Below are positions 1 through 8,528 of a stretch of DNA of 52,274 nucleotides, in pieces. Under the pieces are notes generated by a model. That model had not been told where the DNA came from and ran no database searches. It saw only the letters and a program-made list of their open reading frames with translations. Made by a program: the position numbers and the translations under genes. Source of the DNA: a virus (lineage: Duplodnaviria > Caudoviricetes). Within the stretch, counting starts at the first letter, position 1, and each line of letters begins with the position of its first letter. Where the stretch lies: IMG/VR virus record IMGVR_UViG_3300021964_000099, positions 1 to 52,274 of that record; one strand, given 5' to 3'.

Positions 1-700
1 CCATTTTTCTATTTGTACCACCCGCACCATCATCAACAACAAATAAGTCTGCATCTGCCAATGCTGCCCCGATATCGGTAGCACCATCTATTTCTAAAGC
101 TCCAATATCAACTTTTCCTGCTGTAGAAATTGTTGCTAGTTTTGAATCTGCTATTGCAGCGCTTGCATTAATATCATCATTAACAATAACTCCACTTGCA
201 ATACTAAATACACCTGCGTTTGTTAGTCCTACATCACCGCTAGGCACCACAGGATTAAAGTTTGTACCATCAGCCACCATGATTGCAGTGTCTGTATTAG
301 TATTCATGGTGAGATCATCACCAGTAATTGTTAAATCACCTGTAACGGTTAAGTTACGACCTATTGTTACATCATTGCTTGCATCTTCAAAGATTAATTT
401 GCTAGCAGGTATTGTACAAAATACATCTTTTGTACCAGAACTAAAATTAACATCACTATCACTATTAGAACTAGATATAACAGTGGTCCTAGTTAATGTA
501 GAACTATCACCGTTAAGTGTACCAAGACCAACTTCAAACTCGTCTTGATCTTGATGGGCAATACAATAATACGTTGTATTACTATTACCTACACCAGCAG
601 CAAAAGTTTCAAAACCAGTTACTGCACCAGCTAAAGCGACAGGTCCTGTGCTTGTCGTAGTAGTTGTTTCTTTTACGCGATCATTAATGACTAAAGCCAT
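1..700 (-). CDS. Tail fibre/virion structural protein, N-terminal part (runs off window start; not in ORF track)
   Basis: ATG at 700 preceded by GGAG; reads MALVINDRVKETTTTTSTGPVALAGAVTGFETF..., a Thr/Gly-rich start typical of marine phage tail fibres; open to position 1. Confidence 0.75.
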   Translation of the reverse strand, partial: MALVINDRVKETTTTTSTGPVALAGAVTGFETFAAGVGNSNTTYYCIAHQDQDEFEVGLGTLNGDSSTLTRTTVISSSNSDSDVNFSSGTKDVFCTIPASKLIFEDASNDVTIGRNLTVTGDLTITGDDLTMNTNTDTAIMVADGTNFNPVVPSGDVGLTNAGVFSIASGVIVNDDINASAAIADSKLATISTAGKVDIGALEIDGATDIGAALADADLFVVDDGAGGTNRKM

Positions 701-708
701 TTATTCTC

Positions 709-1140
709 CTATGCCAATCGTAATATAGCGTTACTTGCATCAGCCGTTGGAAACTGAATTGTAAAGGTTCCACTTGTAGATGTCTTATCACCACCAAAAT
801 CTAAAACAGCAACTGCTTTATTAGAGTCAGAACTGTTGTAAATTAAAGCACCTCTTGCTGTGATTGTAGCTGATGTAAAAGATATGTCAGCAAAATCACA
901 AATAGCCGTAGTTCCAGAAGTTGTTGGAGTTACGCTAGTTAAAGTTCCTCCACCAGAACTATATGTTCCAGAATCAGAAACTTCGTTACTTGTGCTAAAA
1001 GCAGTTGTAGTTGCATCCAAAGAAGCAGAACTTGTGTACAATGCTATTTTAAAAGTATCACCGGTTGACGCTGTAAAATCATGCGTACCTTGCAATAGCT
1101 CTTGTTTGAAGCTTGTACATACAGCTTGAGTTATAGCCAT
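709..1140 (-). CDS. Virion structural (tail-associated) protein
   Basis: 143 aa, Thr/Ser-rich, MAITQAVCTSFKQELL...FKIALYT; GGAGG RBS; in structural operon. Confidence 0.65.
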   Translation of the reverse strand: MAITQAVCTSFKQELLQGTHDFTASTGDTFKIALYTSSASLDATTTAFSTSNEVSDSGTYSSGGGTLTSVTPTTSGTTAICDFADISFTSATITARGALIYNSSDSNKAVAVLDFGGDKTSTSGTFTIQFPTADASNAILRLA

Positions 1141-1151
1141 GTTTTATCCTC

Positions 1152-1835
1152 CTATGGGTTCTGTGATTGCAGAGGAGTACGTAACGCCCCATGCATGTAT
1201 TCATCTCTTCGGTGCCTTCCTTGTTGTTCTATGACAAGTTCTTGAAGTGCCCGTTGATATGATTGTTCGTATAATTGCAGCATTTCTGCTGGTCCCTTCA
1301 AAAATTTGAAGGCTTCTGCAAGACATCCATAAAGTAATAGTGCAGGAGCATTATTACCCAACCAAGAGGTTGCATTACTACTAGACAGTCTTGTTGGTAA
1401 TCTAGTAATTCCTAACTCCACGTTATACGCTACATCGGGCGTTGGTGCAACATAAATTGTATTATGATCCCACCATGCCCAATATCTAGGGGTTCCTGTA
1501 GAAGTTCGATCTGGCCAATATTCGTTCATATAACTAATATCGCGTTGTTCTAAAAAAGTCCTTGATGTTCCAGATGGTGAAAATATTTGCATGTGCCTTA
1601 CGGTGCCAAGCGATGTTGGATCTGGAGACGCGCCACCCGGTAAAGATAAAAAAGCATTACTTGCTGTTAAATTTGCAGATTGATGTGATTTAAAAACATC
1701 TAAATCTACATCTCTAAATATTCTATTTTCAGCGTGCTGAATAAAATCGTTAACAATAGAGTCTGATAAAACACTACTACTAACCTCTGTGTAATCTCTT
1801 ATTTGTGTTACTAGTTCTGAATATGTTGTTGTCAT
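1152..1835 (-). CDS. Putative head-tail adaptor/tail tubular protein
   Basis: 227 aa, TYSELVTQIRDY...FIQHAENRI...GTPRYW...PTPD pattern of adaptor proteins; position in head-neck operon. Confidence 0.6.
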   Translation of the reverse strand: MTTTYSELVTQIRDYTEVSSSVLSDSIVNDFIQHAENRIFRDVDLDVFKSHQSANLTASNAFLSLPGGASPDPTSLGTVRHMQIFSPSGTSRTFLEQRDISYMNEYWPDRTSTGTPRYWAWWDHNTIYVAPTPDVAYNVELGITRLPTRLSSSNATSWLGNNAPALLLYGCLAEAFKFLKGPAEMLQLYEQSYQRALQELVIEQQGRHRRDEYMHGALRTPLQSQNP

Positions 1836-2161
1836 TATGATACGCTCACTGATACTATACCAATAGATGACACAACTAAAGGTTGTTTTTTACTTGTTGA
1901 AGGTTGCATAGAGTCTTCGTATTCAAAAAATCCTGCACCACCGACAAAAACAGTTATAGGTTCTAATCTATCTGGTCTACCATCTTTAACACTTTGTGCA
2001 TCCGATGCGTGTCTTTGTCTTTCAAGCTGTGGATGTTTAGCTTCAAACTCAGATTTATGAACCATGGAACCATTCCATTCTTTAACCATTTCTTTGTAAG
2101 GAAACTCCATACCACTACGATCAGATATTGCTTTTGAATATTTACCAGAAGCATGTGCCAT
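1835..2161 (-). CDS. Conserved hypothetical phage protein (neck region)
   Basis: 108 aa, stop/start overlaps with both neighbours; SDRSG..FPY..MVKEWNG...KHPQL motif. Confidence 0.65.
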   Translation of the reverse strand: MAHASGKYSKAISDRSGMEFPYKEMVKEWNGSMVHKSEFEAKHPQLERQRHASDAQSVKDGRPDRLEPITVFVGGAGFFEYEDSMQPSTSKKQPLVVSSIGIVSVSVS

Positions 2162-2829
2162 TAAATGTACCCTCTCTCTGGTGTAGCAAAGAAACTAGAA
2201 CGTGGTCTATCTTCTTCCGAAGCACGTTGCCACTCTTCTTCGTATAATTGTTTTAATAAAGGTGTTCTCTCTGGTGCTTTTTTTACAGAAGTATAATAAG
2301 CTAAACCAGAAGTTAAGCATGGTAAAAATCTAGTTGGAACTTCTAACTGATCATTATAATCACCCGCGTCCTGTATTTTAGTTAAACCATAATATTTGAA
2401 AGTGTGTGCACCATCTGGTGTTGGATATAGATACAATGTAGGAGTAGATGCTCCTCTTTCCAAAAAGTATTGTACCGGTGTACCTTCACTAGATTTAGTA
2501 GAAATATTTAAATATTCAGCACGGCTTATTCTATCAACTTCAATGTCTGTTGTAGTATCTGATGTTTTAAATAAAACTGCTTCAAGTATATCAACTAAAT
2601 CACTATCAAGTGTGTAACTTGTTGTGCTACCTGTTAGTGTTAATGTTCTAAGCTCAACAGTCCAAAGATTAATACCTCTGTTAGCCCATTCAGCTAACAT
2701 AATATTAAGTGAACGTCTTGCGCTTTTTAAATCATAACCAGATCTAGAATTAATTCCACATCTTTCAAATGCTTCTTCAATGACTTGATCCACATCTAAA
2801 TTAAAAGTGTTAGTTCCGGACGTTGCCAT
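2161..2829 (-). CDS. Putative head-tail connector/adaptor protein
   Basis: 222 aa, MATSGT..F.LD...IEEAFERCG...RRSLN...WANRG; shares GTP..Y and PTPD motifs with 1152-1835. Confidence 0.6.
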   Translation of the reverse strand: MATSGTNTFNLDVDQVIEEAFERCGINSRSGYDLKSARRSLNIMLAEWANRGINLWTVELRTLTLTGSTTSYTLDSDLVDILEAVLFKTSDTTTDIEVDRISRAEYLNISTKSSEGTPVQYFLERGASTPTLYLYPTPDGAHTFKYYGLTKIQDAGDYNDQLEVPTRFLPCLTSGLAYYTSVKKAPERTPLLKQLYEEEWQRASEEDRPRSSFFATPERGYI

Positions 2830-3002
2830 TACTTACCTACTTTTCTCATTGCCTTGTTATGAGCCTGCTTAAAAGTTTTACCTTTTTTCATGGTTTTCTT
2901 CATAGAAGACATGTGTTTTTTTGTATGATGTTTAGAATGCTTTTTTAAAGCTTTCTTTCCAGCTTTTGATATTTGTTGTGGCATCGAAGACCTCGATATC
3001 AT
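2829..3002 (-). CDS. Small Lys/His-rich basic protein (57 aa; not in ORF track)
   Basis: MISRSSMPQQISKAGKKALKKHSKHHTKKHMSSMKKTMKKGKTFKQAHNKAMRKVGK; fills the gap exactly and its stop overlaps the next ATG. Confidence 0.65.
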   Translation of the reverse strand: MISRSSMPQQISKAGKKALKKHSKHHTKKHMSSMKKTMKKGKTFKQAHNKAMRKVGK

Positions 3003-3004
3003 TT

Positions 3005-3313
3005 TTAATTATAGTATGCTACTACAAAGTCACAATTTGTCACATCGACAAAAGCAGCCGTTTCAAATCTTACGCCATCTCCCTCAAAACTCATTACTAG
3101 AGGTTCATTCGCTGCAGTACCCCATTTTAAATGAATTTTAATATCACCAGCCGCGGAAGTATTATCATAAATTTTTACTTCACCGTCTGCCGCACTTGAT
3201 TGACATTGAATAGATTTTATTCTTATTGAACCAAGATTTGTAGCGCTTTCACCCACAAAGCCTTGCAGTCTACCATCTGATGTTAGTGCAACACTTGCTT
3301 TTACATTAGTCAT
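3005..3313 (-). CDS. Hypothetical virion protein
   Basis: 102 aa, beta-strand-like composition, GGAG RBS, structural operon. Confidence 0.6.
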   Translation of the reverse strand: MTNVKASVALTSDGRLQGFVGESATNLGSIRIKSIQCQSSAADGEVKIYDNTSAAGDIKIHLKWGTAANEPLVMSFEGDGVRFETAAFVDVTNCDFVVAYYN

Positions 3314-3331
3314 ATTATCTCCTAATTAATA

Positions 3332-3353
3332 ATGTGGAGCGTTAGCTCCACAT
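3332..3353 (-). terminator. Intergenic hairpin, possible terminator/attenuator
   Basis: ATGTGGAGC-GTTA-GCTCCACAT inverted repeat with AT-rich flanks. Confidence 0.45.
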
Positions 3354-3361
3354 TTAATTTA

Positions 3362-3751
3362 TTATGCTTCTTTAGCAAATGTACCTCTAACTTGAGTAAC
3401 TTGCCATGCTACTACTCCATCAAGCGATGAAATAACAACATAGTCCCCTTGTTTAGAAGTTGCTTTTGTGTTGATTAAGTCTTTATCATCAGTAGAAGAA
3501 CCCGCATAAGTGATTCCGTCTGAAGCGTTTGGACTAATTGTTAAAGTGTTTTGACCGTCTGGTGCTGTATTTACAAATTTAAAAGAATATCCTACAGCAA
3601 TAGCTGGTAGTGTAAATACTACTCCATCAGTTCCACTTAAAAGAGTTTTTCCAGAATCTGCTGTTGTTACAGTGTAATTTGAAGATTTAGTTTCAATATT
3701 TACACCGTCTTTTCCTTCTAGTATTGGACCAGAAAAAGTTGTTGTACCCAT
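3362..3751 (-). CDS. Putative minor capsid/decoration protein
   Basis: 129 aa directly downstream of the major capsid gene; MGTTTFSGP N-terminus; YTVT.ADSG...FTLPA fibre-like segment. Confidence 0.55.
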   Translation of the reverse strand: MGTTTFSGPILEGKDGVNIETKSSNYTVTTADSGKTLLSGTDGVVFTLPAIAVGYSFKFVNTAPDGQNTLTISPNASDGITYAGSSTDDKDLINTKATSKQGDYVVISSLDGVVAWQVTQVRGTFAKEA

Positions 3752-3769
3752 TTTTACCTCGTAAGTAAA

Positions 3770-3826
3770 GTTATACCATCTCTACGAGCGTCTGCTAGGG
3801 CAGTCGGTATAACCAGTTATCCTAGT
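3770..3826 (-). ncRNA. Candidate pseudoknotted cis-regulatory RNA downstream of the major capsid gene
   Basis: On the - strand GTTATACC/GGTATAAC encloses the hairpin CTG-CCCTAG-CAG, whose loop is complementary to upstream CTAGG. Confidence 0.45.
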
Positions 3827-3832
3827 TTATAA

Positions 3833-3854
3833 TGTGGGGGACTAAGCCCCCACA
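3833..3854 (-). terminator. Hairpin after major capsid gene
   Basis: TGTGGGGG-N6-CCCCCACA; U-tract is weak. Confidence 0.5.
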
Positions 3855-3866
3855 AGTTAAGAGTAA

Positions 3867-4772
3867 TTATGCTCCCGGTGAACCAAAGATACCTCTAAAG
3901 TCAGAGAACCCGAATGAGTATCTTTCTCTAGATTTGTATCTAACGTTTCCAGTTTCAAAATCGCCTTCCATCTTAGTGGAAATTGGCGCTCTTTGGAAGT
4001 GTTTTAATCCGTTTGGTGCATCAGTTTTAATGAAAAATGCATCTGTATCAGTTAAGTAGTTATTTACTACATAACCTTGAGGAATCATCCCCATGCTACC
4101 GATAGCATTGATATCATTATCAGCAGTACCAACTCTTTGACCAGATTTCATCAATCTTTCAGCAGTGAACTGAAGATTTACTGGAATGATTAACTTTTGA
4201 CCATTTAGAGCGATTTTTAATCCTCTATCGTCAGTTAATCCAGCAATGTCAATCAGTGCTTGCTCTAAAGATGTTTCATTTAGGTCAGCAGATGTTGCTA
4301 GTTCGTTTGAAATGCTACCGCCAGTTGATGGGTGAGCAGTAGAACATAATTCTACGCCGTCTCCACCAGTGAAAGATGAATCAAACGCATTGTTTAATAC
4401 GTTCGCACCTTTTACTTGTTTAGCGTTAGCCATTGAACGAGCTAGTGCTTTTGTGTAACGAGAACTGATTGTGTCGTAAAGGTTATCCTCTACTGCTTCT
4501 TCAGTAATCGCAAAAGCAAGTGCTATAGTTTCGTGAGTGTATCTCGCAGTGAAAGACTCAGTAGCATCGTCGTAATTTACGCCTGTGCCTTCTGGTTTTA
4601 CTTGCGCTGTACCGAAACCGGATAGCATTACTTCTTCTTCGAATGCACGATCAGAAGTTTCTGTATCGAAAATCTGTTCATGCTGGTTTTCGTATCTGGC
4701 ATATTCCAAACCGAACAAAGCGTTTAGGCCCGGTTCAAGCTCTTTTACCAGTTGTGATCTAGAAATTGGCAT
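3867..4772 (-). CDS. Major capsid protein
   Basis: 301 aa, MPISRSQLVKELEPGLNALFGLEY...SDRAFEEEV...RERYSFG; typical size; follows scaffold-region genes and precedes a hairpin. Confidence 0.85.
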   Translation of the reverse strand: MPISRSQLVKELEPGLNALFGLEYARYENQHEQIFDTETSDRAFEEEVMLSGFGTAQVKPEGTGVNYDDATESFTARYTHETIALAFAITEEAVEDNLYDTISSRYTKALARSMANAKQVKGANVLNNAFDSSFTGGDGVELCSTAHPSTGGSISNELATSADLNETSLEQALIDIAGLTDDRGLKIALNGQKLIIPVNLQFTAERLMKSGQRVGTADNDINAIGSMGMIPQGYVVNNYLTDTDAFFIKTDAPNGLKHFQRAPISTKMEGDFETGNVRYKSRERYSFGFSDFRGIFGSPGA

Positions 4773-4784
4773 TAAACCCTCCTA

Positions 4785-5348
4785 TTATATTGCAGTGGTC
4801 AGTAACCAAGTATGCTCACCAACGTTAGGTACTACATATGCGTTAGCATTTGCAGAACTTGTATCGCTGTTGTTTGGATCCTTGGAGATACCAACTTGTT
4901 TAAATTGTCCAGAAGTTGTGCTGGTAGAAGTATCTAACTCTTGTGAAGATCTTCCAGAAAGAGTGCTTCCACCCGTTCCTACTAAATCAAAACCACTAAA
5001 GTTCATAGCTGCTGTGCCAGTACCATCATGTTGGACTTCAAAGACGATTCTTGGATCGTCGTATATGTAAGCCACTATATCAGAAGCATTTGTGCTTGCT
5101 GGATAATAGTTACTAAAAGTTGGCTTACTTGTAGTTGGGTCTGTATAGAAACATCCGCCGAAAATGCCTAAAACTACATCGCCCGCGTCAGCAGATTCAA
5201 TTCCTCCTGCTGCAACAGCTTTCACTGCTTGACCATGATAGATCGCAGTGCCATAGTTCGCCGCAATTGCGTATTCGTTTGTTCTAATAAGACCGCCTGT
5301 AAGATGCCTTACGGGTCTAAACCCGAATGCTGCGTCTTTATTTGCCAT
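4785..5348 (-). CDS. Putative capsid decoration/cement protein
   Basis: 187 aa, MANKDAAFGFRP...YDDP; immediately upstream of the capsid gene. Confidence 0.55.
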   Translation of the reverse strand: MANKDAAFGFRPVRHLTGGLIRTNEYAIAANYGTAIYHGQAVKAVAAGGIESADAGDVVLGIFGGCFYTDPTTSKPTFSNYYPASTNASDIVAYIYDDPRIVFEVQHDGTGTAAMNFSGFDLVGTGGSTLSGRSSQELDTSTSTTSGQFKQVGISKDPNNSDTSSANANAYVVPNVGEHTWLLTTAI

Positions 5349-5410
5349 CGTTATATCCTTTTTTTAAAGGGTTAAGTTTTTTTAGTTCGATGGACAAAAG
5401 AGCTAGAAAA

Positions 5411-5875
5411 TTAGTTCTTTTTGTTGCCACCGAAGGTTACACGAGATTGCCTATCTGGTTTAGAGACCGGCATACTGGGGTGTTGTTCCTTTAGTAAATC
5501 ATTTGCGACTGCTTCTTCTTTATCCAGAACTTGCTGTTTAAAGTAAGCCATTCGCTCTTCCACGATTTCTACCGGAATTTTAGCCAGTAATAAACCACCA
5601 ACGCCTATAACACCTTGGTATTTCCCTTCCTGTATTGTCGGATACTGACCGTCGTCGGAATCGGCTCTTACGAGTTCAAAACCTTCTCTTAATCGAGCAT
5701 TCAAATTTTTATTATCTGATTGCCCTAAAGTTTCAGCGCGTATCCACCTATATTTGTACCCATCGGGTGCAGGAGGTGCGTCTAGGGATGACGGGGGTGC
5801 CCATGGTTTCCTACGAGTCGTTTTCTCGCGGGATAAGGCAGCGCGTGGAGTCTTATTTTCATCAATTTTATTCAT
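5411..5875 (-). CDS. Conserved hypothetical head-module protein
   Basis: 154 aa, WAPPSSLDAP.APDG..YRWIR...LREG...GGLLLAKIP; GGAG RBS. Confidence 0.65.
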   Translation of the reverse strand: MNKIDENKTPRAALSREKTTRRKPWAPPSSLDAPPAPDGYKYRWIRAETLGQSDNKNLNARLREGFELVRADSDDGQYPTIQEGKYQGVIGVGGLLLAKIPVEIVEERMAYFKQQVLDKEEAVANDLLKEQHPSMPVSKPDRQSRVTFGGNKKN

Positions 5876-5879
5876 ATGC

Positions 5880-6809
5880 CTACTCCTTCACGTATTTCGC
5901 ATATTCTTCAAGTGGCACACCTAATTTTTTAGCAATCGCTACTTGTGATGGTGTGAGCCTCACTGTTTTGCGTCCAGTTCGTGTGGTCCTGTTAGCAGAA
6001 GCAACTGTTTGGACGGGTTGTTTGCTTCCTTGGACTTCTCCCCCATCGTTAAACTTCTGGGGAAACTCTTGTCTGAGCCTTCTGTCAATCTCTTCGTAGT
6101 ATTCATCAGAAGATGGATTAAATCCTTCTTCCTCCACAAGCTTTTTGTGGATACCAAACGAAGCATATGTCATGGCTTCATCTTTTCCAAACCACTCGTT
6201 CTTCTCGGCCCAAGCTTCTGCTTTAGGGTCCGGTTGAGCCGGTGGCTGTTGTTGTACATTACTTTGTACAGGTTGTTGTATAGTCTGTCCAGCGTTTTCT
6301 TGAGATTTTTCGTATAATTTTCTTTGCTCTTCCGTAGCATTTATACGCTCTTGCTCAATAGCTAGCTTCGCTAACGCTTGATTTGCTGCTACTTGTGCAT
6401 CAACATCACCTTTTGCAACTGCTGCTTTTAAAGCTATTTTAGCTGTTTCTAGTTCTGATTTTACACGACCAGCAAACTCATTAACATAACCATCATCTAG
6501 TTTTGTAAACTTTGTTTGTAAATCATCACGTTCTTTTTTTATTTGTTCAGCAAAACTAAGAGCTTCTTTTTCTCTTCTCTCTGCCTCACGAATTTTGTAT
6601 GTTAGTCTGTCAATACGTTTTTTGACACCGTCACTATACTCTTCGCGTTCATCTTTTTCTTTAACCGGTTCTGCTTTTACTTCAACTTCCGGTTCTGCTT
6701 TTACTTCTTCTTGTTTTGCATCTTTGAGTTCAACATCAACAGAATTTCCAGACGTATCTAGATCAACCATTATGTTGTCCTCTTTCAATGCTTCTTGTGC
6801 TTCGGGCAT
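5880..6809 (-). CDS. Putative capsid scaffolding protein
   Basis: 309 aa, acidic coiled coil, C-terminal LTPSQVAIAKKLGVPLEEYAKY helix; upstream of capsid genes. Confidence 0.65.
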   Translation of the reverse strand: MPEAQEALKEDNIMVDLDTSGNSVDVELKDAKQEEVKAEPEVEVKAEPVKEKDEREEYSDGVKKRIDRLTYKIREAERREKEALSFAEQIKKERDDLQTKFTKLDDGYVNEFAGRVKSELETAKIALKAAVAKGDVDAQVAANQALAKLAIEQERINATEEQRKLYEKSQENAGQTIQQPVQSNVQQQPPAQPDPKAEAWAEKNEWFGKDEAMTYASFGIHKKLVEEEGFNPSSDEYYEEIDRRLRQEFPQKFNDGGEVQGSKQPVQTVASANRTTRTGRKTVRLTPSQVAIAKKLGVPLEEYAKYVKE

Positions 6810-6824
6810 GGGTTCCTCTCCATG

Positions 6825-7244
6825 TTAATGTGTTACTGGCGATAAGATACTTTCGGGGTCTTCTACAACTCCAAGAATTTCATCATCATTTAGTAAGCGT
6901 AGTTCGCCGCCTTCAATGTTAAGACGTGAACCTGCGTATTTGGCAAATATTACCCAATCGTTTTTCTTGCACCATGCACCATTTGGAAAACGACTTTCAT
7001 CGTTATATGCATCTGGTCCTACCTTTAGTACAAGTCCAACATTAGCTGCAATTTGTGTTTCTTGTACTGTTTTATCAGACAAGATAATACCACCTTTGGT
7101 TTTGCCTTTACCTCTATGAGGTAAAATTAAAATCCTCCAACCTGTTGGTTCTGGTAGTTTAGATTCTTCTTTTTTCTTTTTTTCTTTTTTTACTTGTTTA
7201 GCACGCGCTTCTGCAACGTGTGTTGGTAAAATTAAGTTAGTCAT
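6825..7244 (-). CDS. groES: Co-chaperonin GroES (Cpn10) family protein
   Basis: PTGWRILI...KTKGGIIL...VLKVGP...KYAG...LLNDDEILG matches the Cpn10 signature. Confidence 0.85.
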   Translation of the reverse strand: MTNLILPTHVAEARAKQVKKEKKKKEESKLPEPTGWRILILPHRGKGKTKGGIILSDKTVQETQIAANVGLVLKVGPDAYNDESRFPNGAWCKKNDWVIFAKYAGSRLNIEGGELRLLNDDEILGVVEDPESILSPVTH

Positions 7245-7431
7245 TTTGCTCCTGTTTCTTTAGCAGGTCCGAGAGTTCCTGTTCGATATAGTTTAAAGTA
7301 TCAAGTTGACCTAAATGATTTTGATAATCATTCCAATCTTTTACTTGATTGTTGATAATTATCTCAGTTAGTTGGGTTTGTCTAGTCCTAATTACTCTAT
7401 ATAGCTTTTCAGCTAAATAAATTGCATCCAT
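7237..7431 (-). CDS. Hypothetical protein
   Basis: 64 aa, helical, overlaps groES start. Confidence 0.6.
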   Translation of the reverse strand: MDAIYLAEKLYRVIRTRQTQLTEIIINNQVKDWNDYQNHLGQLDTLNYIEQELSDLLKKQEQND

Positions 7432-7434
7432 AAG

Positions 7435-7830
7435 TTATTTTTTCTTAAATAAACCTACAGCTCCTTTCGCGCCCTTAATGCCGAAACTTGCTGAGCAGGC
7501 AATATATAATAGATGTTTATAATAATCTGGGAGAGATTGCAAGGCAATAAAACCTTTCTCAATATGCTCTGTCATTCCGGGAAAGAAGACTAGTGTCGCT
7601 GGAGCGAGAAGACAAATTAAAATTAGTTCGTCTTTCCAACTTCCCTTCATTTGATCTACTGCTGATTGTTCCCATGCTACTTTGCCGGCAATTTGATCTT
7701 GTTTCAATTTAGTAGCTGCGCGAACTTCCGTAACTTTTAATTCTGCTTTTGCCTTTTTAGTTTCAACGAAACCTTTGACGCCGTCAGCGACGACGCCAAG
7801 TAAAGGTTTAGCTAAGAGTTGCCAGACCAT
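7435..7830 (-). CDS. Putative holin (3TM/GTA-holin-like)
   Basis: 131 aa; amphipathic N-terminus, SWKDE motif, two hydrophobic segments, basic C-terminus. Confidence 0.55.
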   Translation of the reverse strand: MVWQLLAKPLLGVVADGVKGFVETKKAKAELKVTEVRAATKLKQDQIAGKVAWEQSAVDQMKGSWKDELILICLLAPATLVFFPGMTEHIEKGFIALQSLPDYYKHLLYIACSASFGIKGAKGAVGLFKKK

Positions 7831-7833
7831 GGT

Positions 7834-7965
7834 CTAGGCTCCTCCTCCTAATTGACTTAGAATGATGAGTACAATAACTGCTACGATACCCGCCTTTATC
7901 CAGTCCTTCATTTTCCAATCGGACCATTCTTTTAAATGTGCCCATAAGTCTTTCAGTAAATTCAT
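7834..7965 (-). CDS. Small membrane protein (43 aa; not in ORF track)
   Basis: MNLLKDLWAHLKEWSDWKMKDWIKAGIVAVIVLIILSQLGGGA; GGAGG RBS. Confidence 0.65.
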   Translation of the reverse strand: MNLLKDLWAHLKEWSDWKMKDWIKAGIVAVIVLIILSQLGGGA

Positions 7966-7973
7966 TTTACCTC

Positions 7974-8150
7974 CTAATGTTCGGTCAAGTCAAAGTCCGG
8001 ATCGAACTCGACAACCTTTATTGGATCTAAAACTTCCTCAAGTTTTTGTAATGCATCTTTTACATCATGTTCACAATTTAAGCAACCACAATGACATTTA
8101 CCGCCATTACCATGGTGACATTCATGTTCACAATGTCTACAAAGAGCCAT
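7974..8150 (-). CDS. Small Cys/His-rich, metallothionein-like protein (58 aa; not in ORF track)
   Basis: MALCRHCEHECHHGNGGKCHCGCLNCEHDVKDALQKLEEVLDPIKVVEFDPDFDLTEH; TAATG coupling to upstream gene. Confidence 0.65.
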   Translation of the reverse strand: MALCRHCEHECHHGNGGKCHCGCLNCEHDVKDALQKLEEVLDPIKVVEFDPDFDLTEH

Positions 8151-8431
8151 TAATGGATTGTCGCCTTTTCATATTCGTGATTCTCTAAATCTTGTGCAAA
8201 TGCATAAAACATTTCTGAGGTTTGTTCTGGCCCCAATATATCTAGATAAATTGTCTTAGCTACAACTAACAATGATGCACTTAGTGCCATTGGGTCTTGT
8301 GGATGTTGATCCGCAAAAGCAAACACTTCATCTAAAATCTTTTTACTTTTTTCTTTTTTTAACAGTTTTTTTCCTTTTTTTAGCAATGTAGCCCCCATCC
8401 TTTGCATATGTAGATATTTTAGCACTTCCAA
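8150..8431 (-). CDS. Hypothetical protein (true start probably downstream of 8431)
   Basis: ORF track; ends ...KATIH and is coupled to the next gene. Confidence 0.55.
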   Translation of the reverse strand: MEVLKYLHMQRMGATLLKKGKKLLKKEKSKKILDEVFAFADQHPQDPMALSASLLVVAKTIYLDILGPEQTSEMFYAFAQDLENHEYEKATIH

Positions 8432-8528
8432 GAGCTTTTCTCATTTGAGAAGTATCACCTACTTTAGTACCAAACTTTTTCTTATATTTTTTAGCTAATA
8501 ATTTAGCTATTCTAGGATCTAGCGCCAT
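8343..8528 (-). CDS. Small basic protein with YAKDGG motif
   Basis: 61 aa, Lys-rich, overlaps portal stop. Confidence 0.6.
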   Translation of the reverse strand: MALDPRIAKLLAKKYKKKFGTKVGDTSQMRKALGSAKISTYAKDGGYIAKKRKKTVKKRKK

